Assembly: GCA_964397315.1 (NCBI GenBank)
Contig: CAYNHV010000015.1
Span: 1-34,009, forward strand
From: an uncultured Methanosarcinales archaeon
GTDB taxonomy: Archaea > Nanobdellota > Nanobdellia > Woesearchaeales > UBA12501
Reading direction: 5' to 3'
DNA: 34,009 nt
Below are positions 24,855 to 33,910 of this stretch, one piece after another. The first letter of the stretch is position 1, and every line of letters starts with the position of its first letter. The notes under the pieces are model-generated. The model had not been told where the DNA came from and did no database searches. It saw nothing but the letters and a program-made list of their open reading frames with translations. The position numbers and the translations under genes are program-made.

Positions 24855-26858
24855 ATGATAAACAATATCCCCACAGAAGAGCACTTTGCGTCAGGCCACA
24901 GGGCATGCGCTGGCTGCGGCCAGTCCCTTGCAGTGAGAATGGTCATGAAGGCGGCGGGCAAGAACACCATAGTGACAAACGCCACAGGCTGCCTTGAGGT
25001 ATTCTCAACACCATACCCCGAGACATCATGGAGGGTTCCCTGGATACACGGCGCGTTTGAGACAGCAGCAAGCGTCGCCTCAGGTGTTGATTCCGCCCTG
25101 AGAAAGCAGAAGAAAAGGAGCAAGGTGAACATTCTTGCCCTTGCAGGAGACGGCGGAACATTTGACATAGGCCTGCAGGCCCTGAGCGGAGCTGCGGAAA
25201 GAGGCCACAAATTCACTTATGTGTGCTTTGAGAATGGGGCTTACATGAACTGCTTAAGCCTTGATTCATTGATAATGACAGAAAAAGGGCTTAAGAAAAT
25301 AACTGAGGTTAAGGTTGGTGAGAAAGTCTATGCTTATAATCAGAAAGATGGCAGTCTTGTAATGAAGAAATGCACCGGAATATTTGACAACGGCATAAAA
25401 GATGTTTTTGAATTGAATACTTTACATCATACAATAAAAGCAACTTCCAATCATCCATTCCTTGTTTTGAAAAGGAGAGGGAGGGGAAGAATATCACATT
25501 TTATATGGAAAGAACTTGAGAATCTGAAGAAAAATGATGAAATTGTAGTGCTTAAGAAGCTTAAGCCAGGAAAAAGCTTTCAATTTAGGCAGATAAAGCT
25601 TTCTAAGAAAGGAGATTATAAGGTGAATAAAATAAATAATCTTAAGATTCCCCGGAAAAGCTCTGAAGAGCTCATGGAGTTCCTGGGATTGTATGTTGGA
25701 GACGGCTGGGTCAGGCCAAAAAAGGCAGAAACAGGGTTTGCTCTGCCTAAAGGTTCAAAGGGTAGCAGAAAACTGATGCATGTTTACAAAAGACTGTTCA
25801 GAAAGAGCCTGACTCAAAAGGACAAGAATTACATATACATCTATTCCATTAATCTGGCAAGATTCATAGACTCTCTTGGATTCGGCAGTGGAGCAAAGGA
25901 CAAAATAGTTCCTGGGTGGGTGTTTACACTGCCTGACCAGGAGAAGGAAGCGTTTATCAGGGGTTTGATGTTATCCGATGGATACAGGATTAACAACAGC
26001 CATAGATATGTTTCTGCAAGCTATAATCTATTGAGAACCCTGAGATTGTTGTTGCAGACAATTGGATATCAGGTTGGAAAAATCCACCAGCAGACCAAGA
26101 AAAAAGGGACGCATATTGTGTACAGGCAGTTGCTGGAGGACTCTACCTATGGGTACATCTGTTTCAGCAGGAAAAAAAAGGCAAACCTGTCTGACTATCT
26201 TTCTCAAGCAAAACAGAGGGATTTCCTGGCCGATAATGAGCATTTCAGCACTGAAAAGGTAAAATCCATAAGATTTGTTAAAGAAGAGCCGACCTTGGAC
26301 CTGAGGGTTGAAGGGGAGCATAACTTTGTTGCAGACGGCATAGTCGTTCATAACACAGGAATCCAGCGCAGCGGAGCAACACCAAAATACGCCTCAACAA
26401 CAACAAGCCCTGCTGGAAAGAAAGTCCACGGCAAGATGGAATTCAAGAAGAACATGCCTCTCATAATGGCCGCCCATGGGTGCTACGTTGCAACAGCCAG
26501 CGTGGCCTTTCCTCACGACCTCATAAAAAAGGTGCAGAAGGCTCTTAAGCATGAGGGCGTGTCCTACGTGCAGGTGTTCTCGCCCTGCCCCATAGGATGG
26601 GGGCTTCCCAGCAACCTCTCAATAGAGATAGCAAAGCTCGCTTACAAGACAAAGGTAACTCCCCTCTTTGAGGTGGAGAACGGCATTGTCTCAATAACGA
26701 ACAGGCCCTCAAAAGAGCTTCCTGTAGAGGAGTATCTCAGCAAGCAGAAGAGGTTCAAGCACCTGAACCAGAAGGAGATTGAGGATGTGCAGTCTCATGT
26801 GGATTCAGAATGGGAGAAGCTTGTGAATCTTGAGGAGTCACGGGCAGGATTGTCATAA
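24855..26858 (+). CDS. porB: Pyruvate:ferredoxin oxidoreductase beta subunit, intein-containing
   Basis: GHRACAGCG, NATGCLE, GDGGTFDIG, N..YMN|TGIQRS split by an intein, SPCPIGW; exteins total 299 aa. Confidence 0.95.
   Translation: MINNIPTEEHFASGHRACAGCGQSLAVRMVMKAAGKNTIVTNATGCLEVFSTPYPETSWRVPWIHGAFETAASVASGVDSALRKQKKRSKVNILALAGDGGTFDIGLQALSGAAERGHKFTYVCFENGAYMNCLSLDSLIMTEKGLKKITEVKVGEKVYAYNQKDGSLVMKKCTGIFDNGIKDVFELNTLHHTIKATSNHPFLVLKRRGRGRISHFIWKELENLKKNDEIVVLKKLKPGKSFQFRQIKLSKKGDYKVNKINNLKIPRKSSEELMEFLGLYVGDGWVRPKKAETGFALPKGSKGSRKLMHVYKRLFRKSLTQKDKNYIYIYSINLARFIDSLGFGSGAKDKIVPGWVFTLPDQEKEAFIRGLMLSDGYRINNSHRYVSASYNLLRTLRLLLQTIGYQVGKIHQQTKKKGTHIVYRQLLEDSTYGYICFSRKKKANLSDYLSQAKQRDFLADNEHFSTEKVKSIRFVKEEPTLDLRVEGEHNFVADGIVVHNTGIQRSGATPKYASTTTSPAGKKVHGKMEFKKNMPLIMAAHGCYVATASVAFPHDLIKKVQKALKHEGVSYVQVFSPCPIGWGLPSNLSIEIAKLAYKTKVTPLFEVENGIVSITNRPSKELPVEEYLSKQKRFKHLNQKEIEDVQSHVDSEWEKLVNLEESRAGLS
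25251..26354 (+). mobile_element. Intein with dodecapeptide (LAGLIDADG) homing endonuclease, 368 aa
   Basis: Begins CLSLDS (block A); ATSNHPF (block B TxxH); FLGLYVGDG and FIRGLMLSDG endonuclease motifs; ends DLRVEGEHNFVADGIVVHN followed by Thr; visibly more AT-rich than flanks. Confidence 0.95.
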
Positions 26859-26918
26859 TACTGCAGCATCAGAATATTAACCTCCTTTAACCTCTTGTAT
26901 GGAGCATATCTCACCATC

Positions 26919-27737
26919 TCACTTTCTCCTGTTATTGCCGTTTAGTTTCTTGGTGCGGTCTGAGAAAAACTTTGAAGGCCTGTTTATCCTGCTGAGCTTT
27001 CCCAGCTTTCCTGCCTTTGCAGCCCTTGACGCTTTCTGGGCCTTTGAGGCGAACTTTAGTATTCTTGCAAACCTCACCACCTTTGCCAGCCTGAATGCCA
27101 TGCCTAGGGGTATCACTGCTATTATGTCAAGCCAGCTGCTCCTGAGAAACTTCCTGAAATCTCCTGTTCTCCTGTATATTATCACGAGGTCAGCCGCAAA
27201 CACAGCTATAATCACCCAGTCCGCTATGTTTATGATGCTCTCATACCCGCTCACGTCAAAGAACAGCTGCAGGATGAGCACTATGAATGTTATGGAGACA
27301 GCAAAGAGTATAACATCATCCCATATCATGTCCTTTCTTGACAGCCTTCTGTAGACATGCTCAATCAGCCTCTCCTCTTTCTTGAGCGACCACTCGCTCT
27401 GGGAGGCGAACTCAACCATGACCCTGAACCCCACTATTATGCATGAGGGAGCGACGAACACTATGAAATTCTCAAGTATTCTGCCTATGAAGTCAAACAG
27501 AAGGAAGGTTTCAAGGAGATCTATTACTGTGGTTGAGGCGATTATGAAGACCCCCCCTGCTATGAGGAATCCCATCTCTTCCTCCCTGCTTATGTTTATT
27601 ATCCCTATGAATATGCCGAGAATTATAAGAAGCAGCATACTGAGGGTTTCCATCTGAGGAGCGAACTCAAAAGCCCCGCCGAGTATTGCGATGAGGGAGC
27701 CCACGATGAAAAGGGCCATGCTGAGCCTTTTGATCAC
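26919..27737 (-). CDS. Membrane protein: N-terminal 4-TM domain fused to an S1-S4 voltage-sensor-like domain, no pore
   Basis: DWVIIAVFAADL (S2), WLDIIAVIP (S3), FRLAKVVRFARILK (S4); GAGGTGA SD before GTG 27737 (alternative TTG 27761). Confidence 0.8.
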   Translation of the reverse strand: MIKRLSMALFIVGSLIAILGGAFEFAPQMETLSMLLLIILGIFIGIINISREEEMGFLIAGGVFIIASTTVIDLLETFLLFDFIGRILENFIVFVAPSCIIVGFRVMVEFASQSEWSLKKEERLIEHVYRRLSRKDMIWDDVILFAVSITFIVLILQLFFDVSGYESIINIADWVIIAVFAADLVIIYRRTGDFRKFLRSSWLDIIAVIPLGMAFRLAKVVRFARILKFASKAQKASRAAKAGKLGKLSRINRPSKFFSDRTKKLNGNNRRK

Positions 27738-27800
27738 AAAAATCACCTCTCTGAGTGCCAATAAGCAGGAAGCCTATTTAAATTTTGCCAAATGTAAGTT

Positions 27801-28538
27801 TCAGGATTTCTCCTGCCTGCCGCTTATCACTGTCCCCCTGAAATCCCTGCCCCTTATTATGCTCCTAAGATTTGAAATGAGTATGCCTTTTGTTATTATT
27901 ACTCTGAGGCCGGTCTTTTCAGCAAGGCGGGCAGCCACAGGGTCAAAGGGGGAATCAAGCTTCGGGCTCCACCTGCCCCCCACAATCTTCCTGAATTCTT
28001 TCCACGATGCGCTCCTGATCTTTTTTGCATTCTTGTGCTTCCGAGGATCTTTTGTGTAAGCGTAATCAACATTGGTGAGGTTTACCACAGTGCCTGCCCT
28101 GAATGTCCTGGCTGCAAGGACTGCGTCCTTGTCAGTTGAGCAGCCGGGCTTCCAGCCGCAGCCTATGATTACCTTCCTGTCTGTTCTTATCCTCTTTGTG
28201 GGGTTCTCCATTATTTCCTGGTGGGCGTGTTTTCCAAACACCTGCCTCACAAAGTAAGCGTTCATGAATGTGGCCTTTATTCCAAGCAAGTCAAGCTCCT
28301 TGTCAGAGGGGCTTGCAAGGCTCTTAAGAGCCCTGTTATACAGCCTGTTGACATGGCCTCCTCCGCAGATTATTATGAATCTCCTGCCTGCCTTTGATTC
28401 CTCCAGAATGAGCTTCCTGAACTTCTTCAGGAAAGCAATGTCAGGCCCCCTGCTGTCAGGGAATATCAGAGAGCCTCCAAGGGACAACACGAGAGTTCTC
28501 CCTCTCTTTCTTTTATCACTCTCTTTTTCTGCTTTCAT
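27801..28538 (-). CDS. pyrH: UMP kinase (archaeal type)
   Basis: VLSLGGS, ICGGG, LDLLGI, GWKPGCSTD, LTNVDYAYTKDP, PFDPVA, GTVI. Confidence 0.93.
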   Translation of the reverse strand: MKAEKESDKRKRGRTLVLSLGGSLIFPDSRGPDIAFLKKFRKLILEESKAGRRFIIICGGGHVNRLYNRALKSLASPSDKELDLLGIKATFMNAYFVRQVFGKHAHQEIMENPTKRIRTDRKVIIGCGWKPGCSTDKDAVLAARTFRAGTVVNLTNVDYAYTKDPRKHKNAKKIRSASWKEFRKIVGGRWSPKLDSPFDPVAARLAEKTGLRVIITKGILISNLRSIIRGRDFRGTVISGRQEKS

Positions 28539-28542
28539 TGAC

Positions 28543-30156
28543 TCATTTCCTTAAAAGTATCTCTATTATTGAGGCAAAAGCGGGCCTTGTCAGGAAGACT
28601 CCAAATGTCACTCCGACTATTGTTGTGAATGCGAATCCCTTTATCAGGCCTGCTCCTGCGAAAAGAAGGGGTATCATTGCCACGACTGTGGTGAAGTAAG
28701 CGCCCATTATTATGAAGAACGCCTTTTTCAGCTTCTGCTTCCAGTTGTAAGTCACGTCAGCCTCGCCCCGCAGCACCTCGTCTGTTATGACCACCTGATC
28801 ATCCACTCCTGTCCCCGCGGCCACTATTATTCCCGCTATTGCAGCTATGTCAATGTTCCATCCCACAAGAGATGCAAAGCCGAGCAGCAGCACTATCTCA
28901 GAGAACATGGTAAACACAACAGGAACAGAGACCTCCCATCTCCTGAACCTTATGAACACAACTATTGCCACAGCAGCTATTGCAGCAAGAGCTATTGTTA
29001 TCGCGTTTGATATGAACTCTTTTCCCAGTATGGGCGACACTGTCTCTGTCTGGACTATGTCCAGCTTGACAGGAAGCGAGCCTGTGATGAGTATTGTCTG
29101 AAGCCTCTTCATGTTGGTGAGGGCCTGGCTCGTTGCCTCTTCTCTCGTGCTGCCGTTGCCTGAGCCTGATATTTGTATGTCTGTCTCTGCCTTTCCCTTC
29201 AAGTCAGCTCCTATGTTCAGCTCATCCACAAGGCTGTTGTCAAGGTAGAGCTCAAGCTTCTTGCTGAGGTACTGGTCGTTGTTCTCTGTGATGATGTCAA
29301 GGCCCCCTGTTATCTCGGCGTGCCTCTCTGCAGCCTCTGGCGAGAGTGTTATGGCGAACCTGAACCTGCACATCCACCCTCCCTGGTACTGCTGGCAGCC
29401 TGTTGTTGAGTCTATGCCAGCGCATGAGGCGCTCCTGCAGACATAGGTTATGTCTCCCCCTCCCCTGAAGACTGTCCTGTTGCCTATCTCTGCCTCAAAC
29501 TTGCCCTGCCTGGAGAGCAGCTCCCTGACCTCCTCCTGCGTGGCTCCTGCTATCTCCACTAGCACGAAGCTGTTTCCCTCAAGGTCGCTTGTCTCCTTGA
29601 CAACCACGTCAGAGAGGCCGTAAACATTTAGCCTTTCCTTGAGGTTTGATACGACCACCTGGATGTCATCCTGGCTTACCTTTTTCTCAGGCTTCAGGAT
29701 CACTCTTGTGCCTCCCTGGAGGTCAAGGCCTTTTCTGATGTTTGTCTTGGGTGCGTTGTAAACATTCAATCCCAGGTCAACTGTTCCCTCCTGGGTTGCG
29801 TTGGTGTTGTTGCCTGCCTCTCCCCCAGCACTGCCGGTTGTAATCCTGTATGTTCCCTCGTTTGTCCTTATCTGGACAGACCTGTTAGGCTCCAGGCTGC
29901 CGACGAAATCATAATAATCCTCAACATTCCTTATGGGAACGTTGTTCATGCTCAGGATTACCTCCCTGCTTCTTGGAGGAGTGTTTGCAGAAGGCTTTTC
30001 TATGCCTGCCCTGTATGCCGAGCTGTTCTTCTCAACACCCCTTATTGCCACACCCTCCTGCCATGGATTCGGGTTTATTGCCACAATAGCGAGTAGGAGA
30101 AACACCAACAGCACTATAATTCTTGCCCTTTTTAGCAGGGTTTTAAGCTTTGACAT
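28543..30156 (-). CDS. secD: Protein-export membrane protein SecD (archaeal, with PDZ-like insert)
   Basis: KGLDLQGGTR, RLNVYGL, GSLPV, GTGVDDQVVITDE, GFAFTTIVG, TRPAF. Confidence 0.93.
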   Translation of the reverse strand: MSKLKTLLKRARIIVLLVFLLLAIVAINPNPWQEGVAIRGVEKNSSAYRAGIEKPSANTPPRSREVILSMNNVPIRNVEDYYDFVGSLEPNRSVQIRTNEGTYRITTGSAGGEAGNNTNATQEGTVDLGLNVYNAPKTNIRKGLDLQGGTRVILKPEKKVSQDDIQVVVSNLKERLNVYGLSDVVVKETSDLEGNSFVLVEIAGATQEEVRELLSRQGKFEAEIGNRTVFRGGGDITYVCRSASCAGIDSTTGCQQYQGGWMCRFRFAITLSPEAAERHAEITGGLDIITENNDQYLSKKLELYLDNSLVDELNIGADLKGKAETDIQISGSGNGSTREEATSQALTNMKRLQTILITGSLPVKLDIVQTETVSPILGKEFISNAITIALAAIAAVAIVVFIRFRRWEVSVPVVFTMFSEIVLLLGFASLVGWNIDIAAIAGIIVAAGTGVDDQVVITDEVLRGEADVTYNWKQKLKKAFFIIMGAYFTTVVAMIPLLFAGAGLIKGFAFTTIVGVTFGVFLTRPAFASIIEILLRK

Positions 30157-31165
30157 CTTCACCTTCCTTCTTTCTCCTGCTTTCTATGTACCACTTGAGT
30201 ATTCCTGTGTTCTGTATCCAGGTGTTTGGCACGTCCACTATCAGGCCTATGAGGAGTATGCTCATTATCTGGCTCAGCTCTGCTGATTGTGAGAGGATTA
30301 TCGCTGCGGTTATTGCAGCTATTGAGGTGAGGGTCATGGTGAGCCCTGTCTTTGCTGAGGAGTATATGCTCTCTTCAAGAGTGCCCTCTTTTCTCTTGAA
30401 AAGCCTTGTGGTGAGAAGTATGTCAGTATCCACTGAGTAGCCTATCAGCATGAGCAGGGCTGCTATGCTTCCTGTGGAGAAGCTCATTCCCAGTAGGTTG
30501 GCTATGGCTATTGTCACTATAATGTCGCTTGCTGCCGAGATGATTACTGCCAATGAGGGTATGACCACCCTGAAATAGATGAACACTACAAGAGCCATTG
30601 CTATAAACGCGATTATAACTGCGATTATGGTCTGCCTGAAGAAATTAGCTCCCAATGAAGAGCCGACAAAGCTGGTTGTGTATTCGTCCTTTGAGACCTG
30701 CAGCCTCTCTGCAATCTCTGACTCAAGAATGTCAACTCCCTTTTCTCCTGAGACATCCGCCTCAACTATAAGGCTTCTGCTGCCTCCCATTCCTGTGAGG
30801 GTCCTGACTCTAATGTCATTTTCAGGCAGAACATTTTCCAGCTCTCTTTCAAGCTGGCCAGCATCATAATCAGTGTTCGGAGCTGTTATTGTTGCTCCTC
30901 CTTTCAGGGAGACTCCCTTGTTTATGAAATCCCCTGTTGCTGCTGTCTGCCAGCCTATCTGCACAAGGGCGAGAAGGAATATGATAAATGTGAGGAGCAT
31001 GAGCTTCTTGTAGTCCTTTTCATATATTTTCTTGAGCTTTTTCAGGATGCCCCTGTCTGCCTCCCTTTTCTCCTCAGGCTCATATTCTGCTTCCCTGCCT
31101 TCAGGTCTTGTTCTCCTTAATTTCCTGAGCCTTGCTTTCTCTCTTCTCTTCTGCTTCTTGGACAT
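30143..31165 (-). CDS. secF: Protein-export membrane protein SecF
   Basis: GVSLKGG, VGSSLG, IAALLMLIGYSVDTDILLTTR, D..NTWIQN; archaeal secF-secD order. Confidence 0.93.
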   Translation of the reverse strand: MSKKQKRREKARLRKLRRTRPEGREAEYEPEEKREADRGILKKLKKIYEKDYKKLMLLTFIIFLLALVQIGWQTAATGDFINKGVSLKGGATITAPNTDYDAGQLERELENVLPENDIRVRTLTGMGGSRSLIVEADVSGEKGVDILESEIAERLQVSKDEYTTSFVGSSLGANFFRQTIIAVIIAFIAMALVVFIYFRVVIPSLAVIISAASDIIVTIAIANLLGMSFSTGSIAALLMLIGYSVDTDILLTTRLFKRKEGTLEESIYSSAKTGLTMTLTSIAAITAAIILSQSAELSQIMSILLIGLIVDVPNTWIQNTGILKWYIESRRKKEGEDVKA

Positions 31166-31329
31166 AATTCAGGAAAAAATTGGAGTCATTTATAAATATT
31201 TTGAAAGCCTTTAACAGTTTGAAACAGTGGGTTTTGCTGCAGCAGAAAAAGGGGGCAGCAGGAAACCTGAGAGGCCGGAGCTGACCCTGACTGCTTTAGG
31301 GCATGTCAGTCTTATTATGTCATCTTTAC

Positions 31330-32151
31330 TCAGACATAATCATAAAGCTGGCACTCGCTCCTTATGTGGGGGTCGCTTATCTTGCCGCAGAGTTCCTCGT
31401 TCCTTGTGTATATTGCTGTTCTCTTGTAGCACTGGTCCCTCTGTATAGGTTCTGTTATCTTCTTGCAAAGTGTGTGGTCTCTTGTTGCCTTTGAAAGCTG
31501 GTCAAAGCACGCGTCCTTGTAAACCTCATTGGATGTTTCCTCGCACATCTCAACAGCCTTCATTATCTTCTCGTCGCTTGAGGCATTTATAACCTTGTAC
31601 ATCTTGCTGGGCTGCTCTGTCTCTTCTATAGGAGCATCTCCAGCGCCTTCTTCTGTGCCAGCCTCTTCTGCGCTTTTGTTTTCAGCTCCAGTCTCATTTG
31701 TCTCTTCCTGCTGTTCATCTCCTGCAGCCGGCTCGTCCGGAGCAGTGTAGGACTGCTCAGGCATTGCTCCCGGAGCAGCGCTCTCGCCTCCTCCGCTTAC
31801 AATAAGGTAAAGAACTCCCCCAACAATCACAAGAGCCACCAGCACGGCAAGCACAGCCCAGCCGGGCATCTTGTTTACTGCAGATCTCATTGCTTCATCC
31901 ACCTCTTCCTGATTATAGCCATAATAAAGCAACCTGGACCTTATGTCCTCCTTGTTATAGCCCTGGTTAATCTCCTGCTTTATATAACTTTTGATTGACT
32001 CAACCCTGCCTTTCTTCACCTCCTCAACGCATGATGAAACCTCAGAAGGGTCGTATCCCTGCTCAATAAGAAAGTTCTTTATGTAATCCAGATTATAGCC
32101 TCTTCTCACCTGGTTCTGAATGTAGTCAACAAGAGCCTGGTTTGCAGCCAT
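31330..32151 (-). CDS. Hypothetical single-pass membrane protein with duplicated N-terminal helical domain and C-terminal Cys repeats
   Basis: Two YI......GY....I...L...GY...EV units, one TM helix, acidic linker, three C..I/T.....D.C units. Confidence 0.8.
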   Translation of the reverse strand: MAANQALVDYIQNQVRRGYNLDYIKNFLIEQGYDPSEVSSCVEEVKKGRVESIKSYIKQEINQGYNKEDIRSRLLYYGYNQEEVDEAMRSAVNKMPGWAVLAVLVALVIVGGVLYLIVSGGGESAAPGAMPEQSYTAPDEPAAGDEQQEETNETGAENKSAEEAGTEEGAGDAPIEETEQPSKMYKVINASSDEKIMKAVEMCEETSNEVYKDACFDQLSKATRDHTLCKKITEPIQRDQCYKRTAIYTRNEELCGKISDPHIRSECQLYDYV

Positions 32152-32254
32152 TTTACCCCTTTTTTAGCGCAGAGCTGTTTCTGTATGCCTATTAATCCGG
32201 ATTATGGACATGAATTATGCTTGTGGAGCAGTGTTTAAATATTTTTTGGGAGAA

Positions 32255-33910
32255 TCAGCTGGTCTTTCGGCTGCTCCTGCTGCTCTTATTGCCCCTCTTT
32301 ATGCAGGCCTTTACTAGGCCGTCAAACAAGGGGGCTGGCTTTGAAGGCCTTGACCTGAATTCAGGATGCGCCTGGGTGGCAATAAAGTAGGGGTGGTCCT
32401 TAAGCTCCATGAACTCCATGAGAACTCCCTTTGGGTTTTTTCCAGAGAATATAAGCCCTCCCTTCTCAAGCCCTTCAATGTAGTCAGGATTGACCTCATA
32501 CCTATGGCGGTGCCTTTCAGATACAATATCGCTGCCGTAAAGGCTGCGGACCTTTGTTCCTTTGCTGAGCTCTGCCTTCCACGCTCCAAGCCTCATCGTG
32601 CCCCCATATCTTGACTCTTCAACTATTCTCTTCTGCTCTGGAAGTATGTCAATAACAGGGTTTTTTGCTTTATTGTCAATCTCTGTGGAGTTTGCCCCGT
32701 CCATGCCGCAGATGTTCCTTGCGAATTCAATGACTGCCAGCTGCATGCCGTAGCACAGGCCGAGAAAAGGAATGTTGTTCTCTCTCGCATACCTTATTGC
32801 GCTTATCTTTCCCTCAACACCGCTTGAGCCGAACCCTCCGGGGATTATTATGCCATCAAACTCTTCAAGTCTTGAGAGGGCTTTTTCGTCCTTCTCAAAC
32901 TGTTTTGAGTCCACCCAGATAATGTCTGGCCTGACATTGTTGCTCCAGCAGGCGTGCTTTATGGCTTCTATGACCGATATGTATGAGTCCTCAAGAGTAA
33001 AGTCTCCTGTGTCAAAGTATTTTCCTATTATGCCTATCCTCACATCCTTCTTGAGGCCTTTTATGCTTTTTACAAGGTTTTCCCATTCTCTCATGGTGCT
33101 CTTCTTGTGCTTCAGCCCGAACTTCCAGAATATCTTGCTGCAAAGGCTCTGCTCATCAAATACAAGCGGAATCTCATATATCTGGGGCACGTCAGGGGCT
33201 GATATCACATCCTCAGGCTTTACATTGCAGAAGAGGGAGAGCTTTCTCTTCCTTATCTCATCAAGGGGCTTGCTTGACCTTCCGACAAGGAAGTCAGGCT
33301 GTATGCTTATTGCGTTAAGATCCCTGACAGACCTCTGCATAGGCTTTGTCTTCATCTCCCCCAGATTGCCCGGGATAGGGAGGTAGCCCACGTGTATGAA
33401 CATTACATCATCGCCCTCAAGCTTCATCTCCCTCAGGGCCTCAAGAAACAGCACGTTCTGGTAATCGCCTATTGTCCCTCCCACTTCAACAAGGCAGAAG
33501 TCGGCTTTCCTGGCTTCGCAGGCTGCCCTCACCCTGTCCTTTATCTCCATGGGAATGTGGGGTATGACCTCAACGCACTTTCCCCTATATTCAAGATTCC
33601 TCTCCTTGTGAATGACGCTCTCATACACCTGGCCTGTGGTTATGTTATGGGCCTTCAAAAGGCTTGTGTCAAGGAACCTCTCGTATGTGCCGAGGTCCTG
33701 GTCTGTCTCCCCGCCGTCTTCTGTCACAAACACCTCTCCATGCTCTGTGGGCCTCATTGTGCCCGCGTCTATGTTTATGTAAGGGTCAATCTTTATCGCG
33801 GTTACCTTATAGCCCTGATTCTTGATTAATCTGCCTATAGAAGCCGTGACAGTGCCTTTCCCGACTCCGGAAAGCACACCTCCTGTGACAACGATTAATT
33901 TTGTGTGCAT
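32255..33910 (-). CDS. pyrG: CTP synthase
   Basis: VTGGVLSGVGKG, KIDPYINIDAGTM, EHGEVFV, KTKP, PGGFG, GLCYGMQ, ERHRHRYE, QAHPEF. Confidence 0.98.
   Translation of the reverse strand: MHTKLIVVTGGVLSGVGKGTVTASIGRLIKNQGYKVTAIKIDPYINIDAGTMRPTEHGEVFVTEDGGETDQDLGTYERFLDTSLLKAHNITTGQVYESVIHKERNLEYRGKCVEVIPHIPMEIKDRVRAACEARKADFCLVEVGGTIGDYQNVLFLEALREMKLEGDDVMFIHVGYLPIPGNLGEMKTKPMQRSVRDLNAISIQPDFLVGRSSKPLDEIRKRKLSLFCNVKPEDVISAPDVPQIYEIPLVFDEQSLCSKIFWKFGLKHKKSTMREWENLVKSIKGLKKDVRIGIIGKYFDTGDFTLEDSYISVIEAIKHACWSNNVRPDIIWVDSKQFEKDEKALSRLEEFDGIIIPGGFGSSGVEGKISAIRYARENNIPFLGLCYGMQLAVIEFARNICGMDGANSTEIDNKAKNPVIDILPEQKRIVEESRYGGTMRLGAWKAELSKGTKVRSLYGSDIVSERHRHRYEVNPDYIEGLEKGGLIFSGKNPKGVLMEFMELKDHPYFIATQAHPEFRSRPSKPAPLFDGLVKACIKRGNKSSRSSRKTS

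Noticed and set aside
31200..31312. ORB-like TTAACAGTTTGAAACAGTGGG and a CTGAC...GTCAG hairpin between secF and the Cys-repeat gene
   Set aside because: Single weak match, no cdc6/orc1 nearby; the hairpin is short and imperfect, at most a terminator
417..33829. Numerous short antisense and alternate-frame ORFs in the six-frame track (e.g. 6990-7442, 11257-11733, 16159-16728, 32772-33386)
   Set aside because: They are shadows of well-supported genes, with no motifs or independent expression signals
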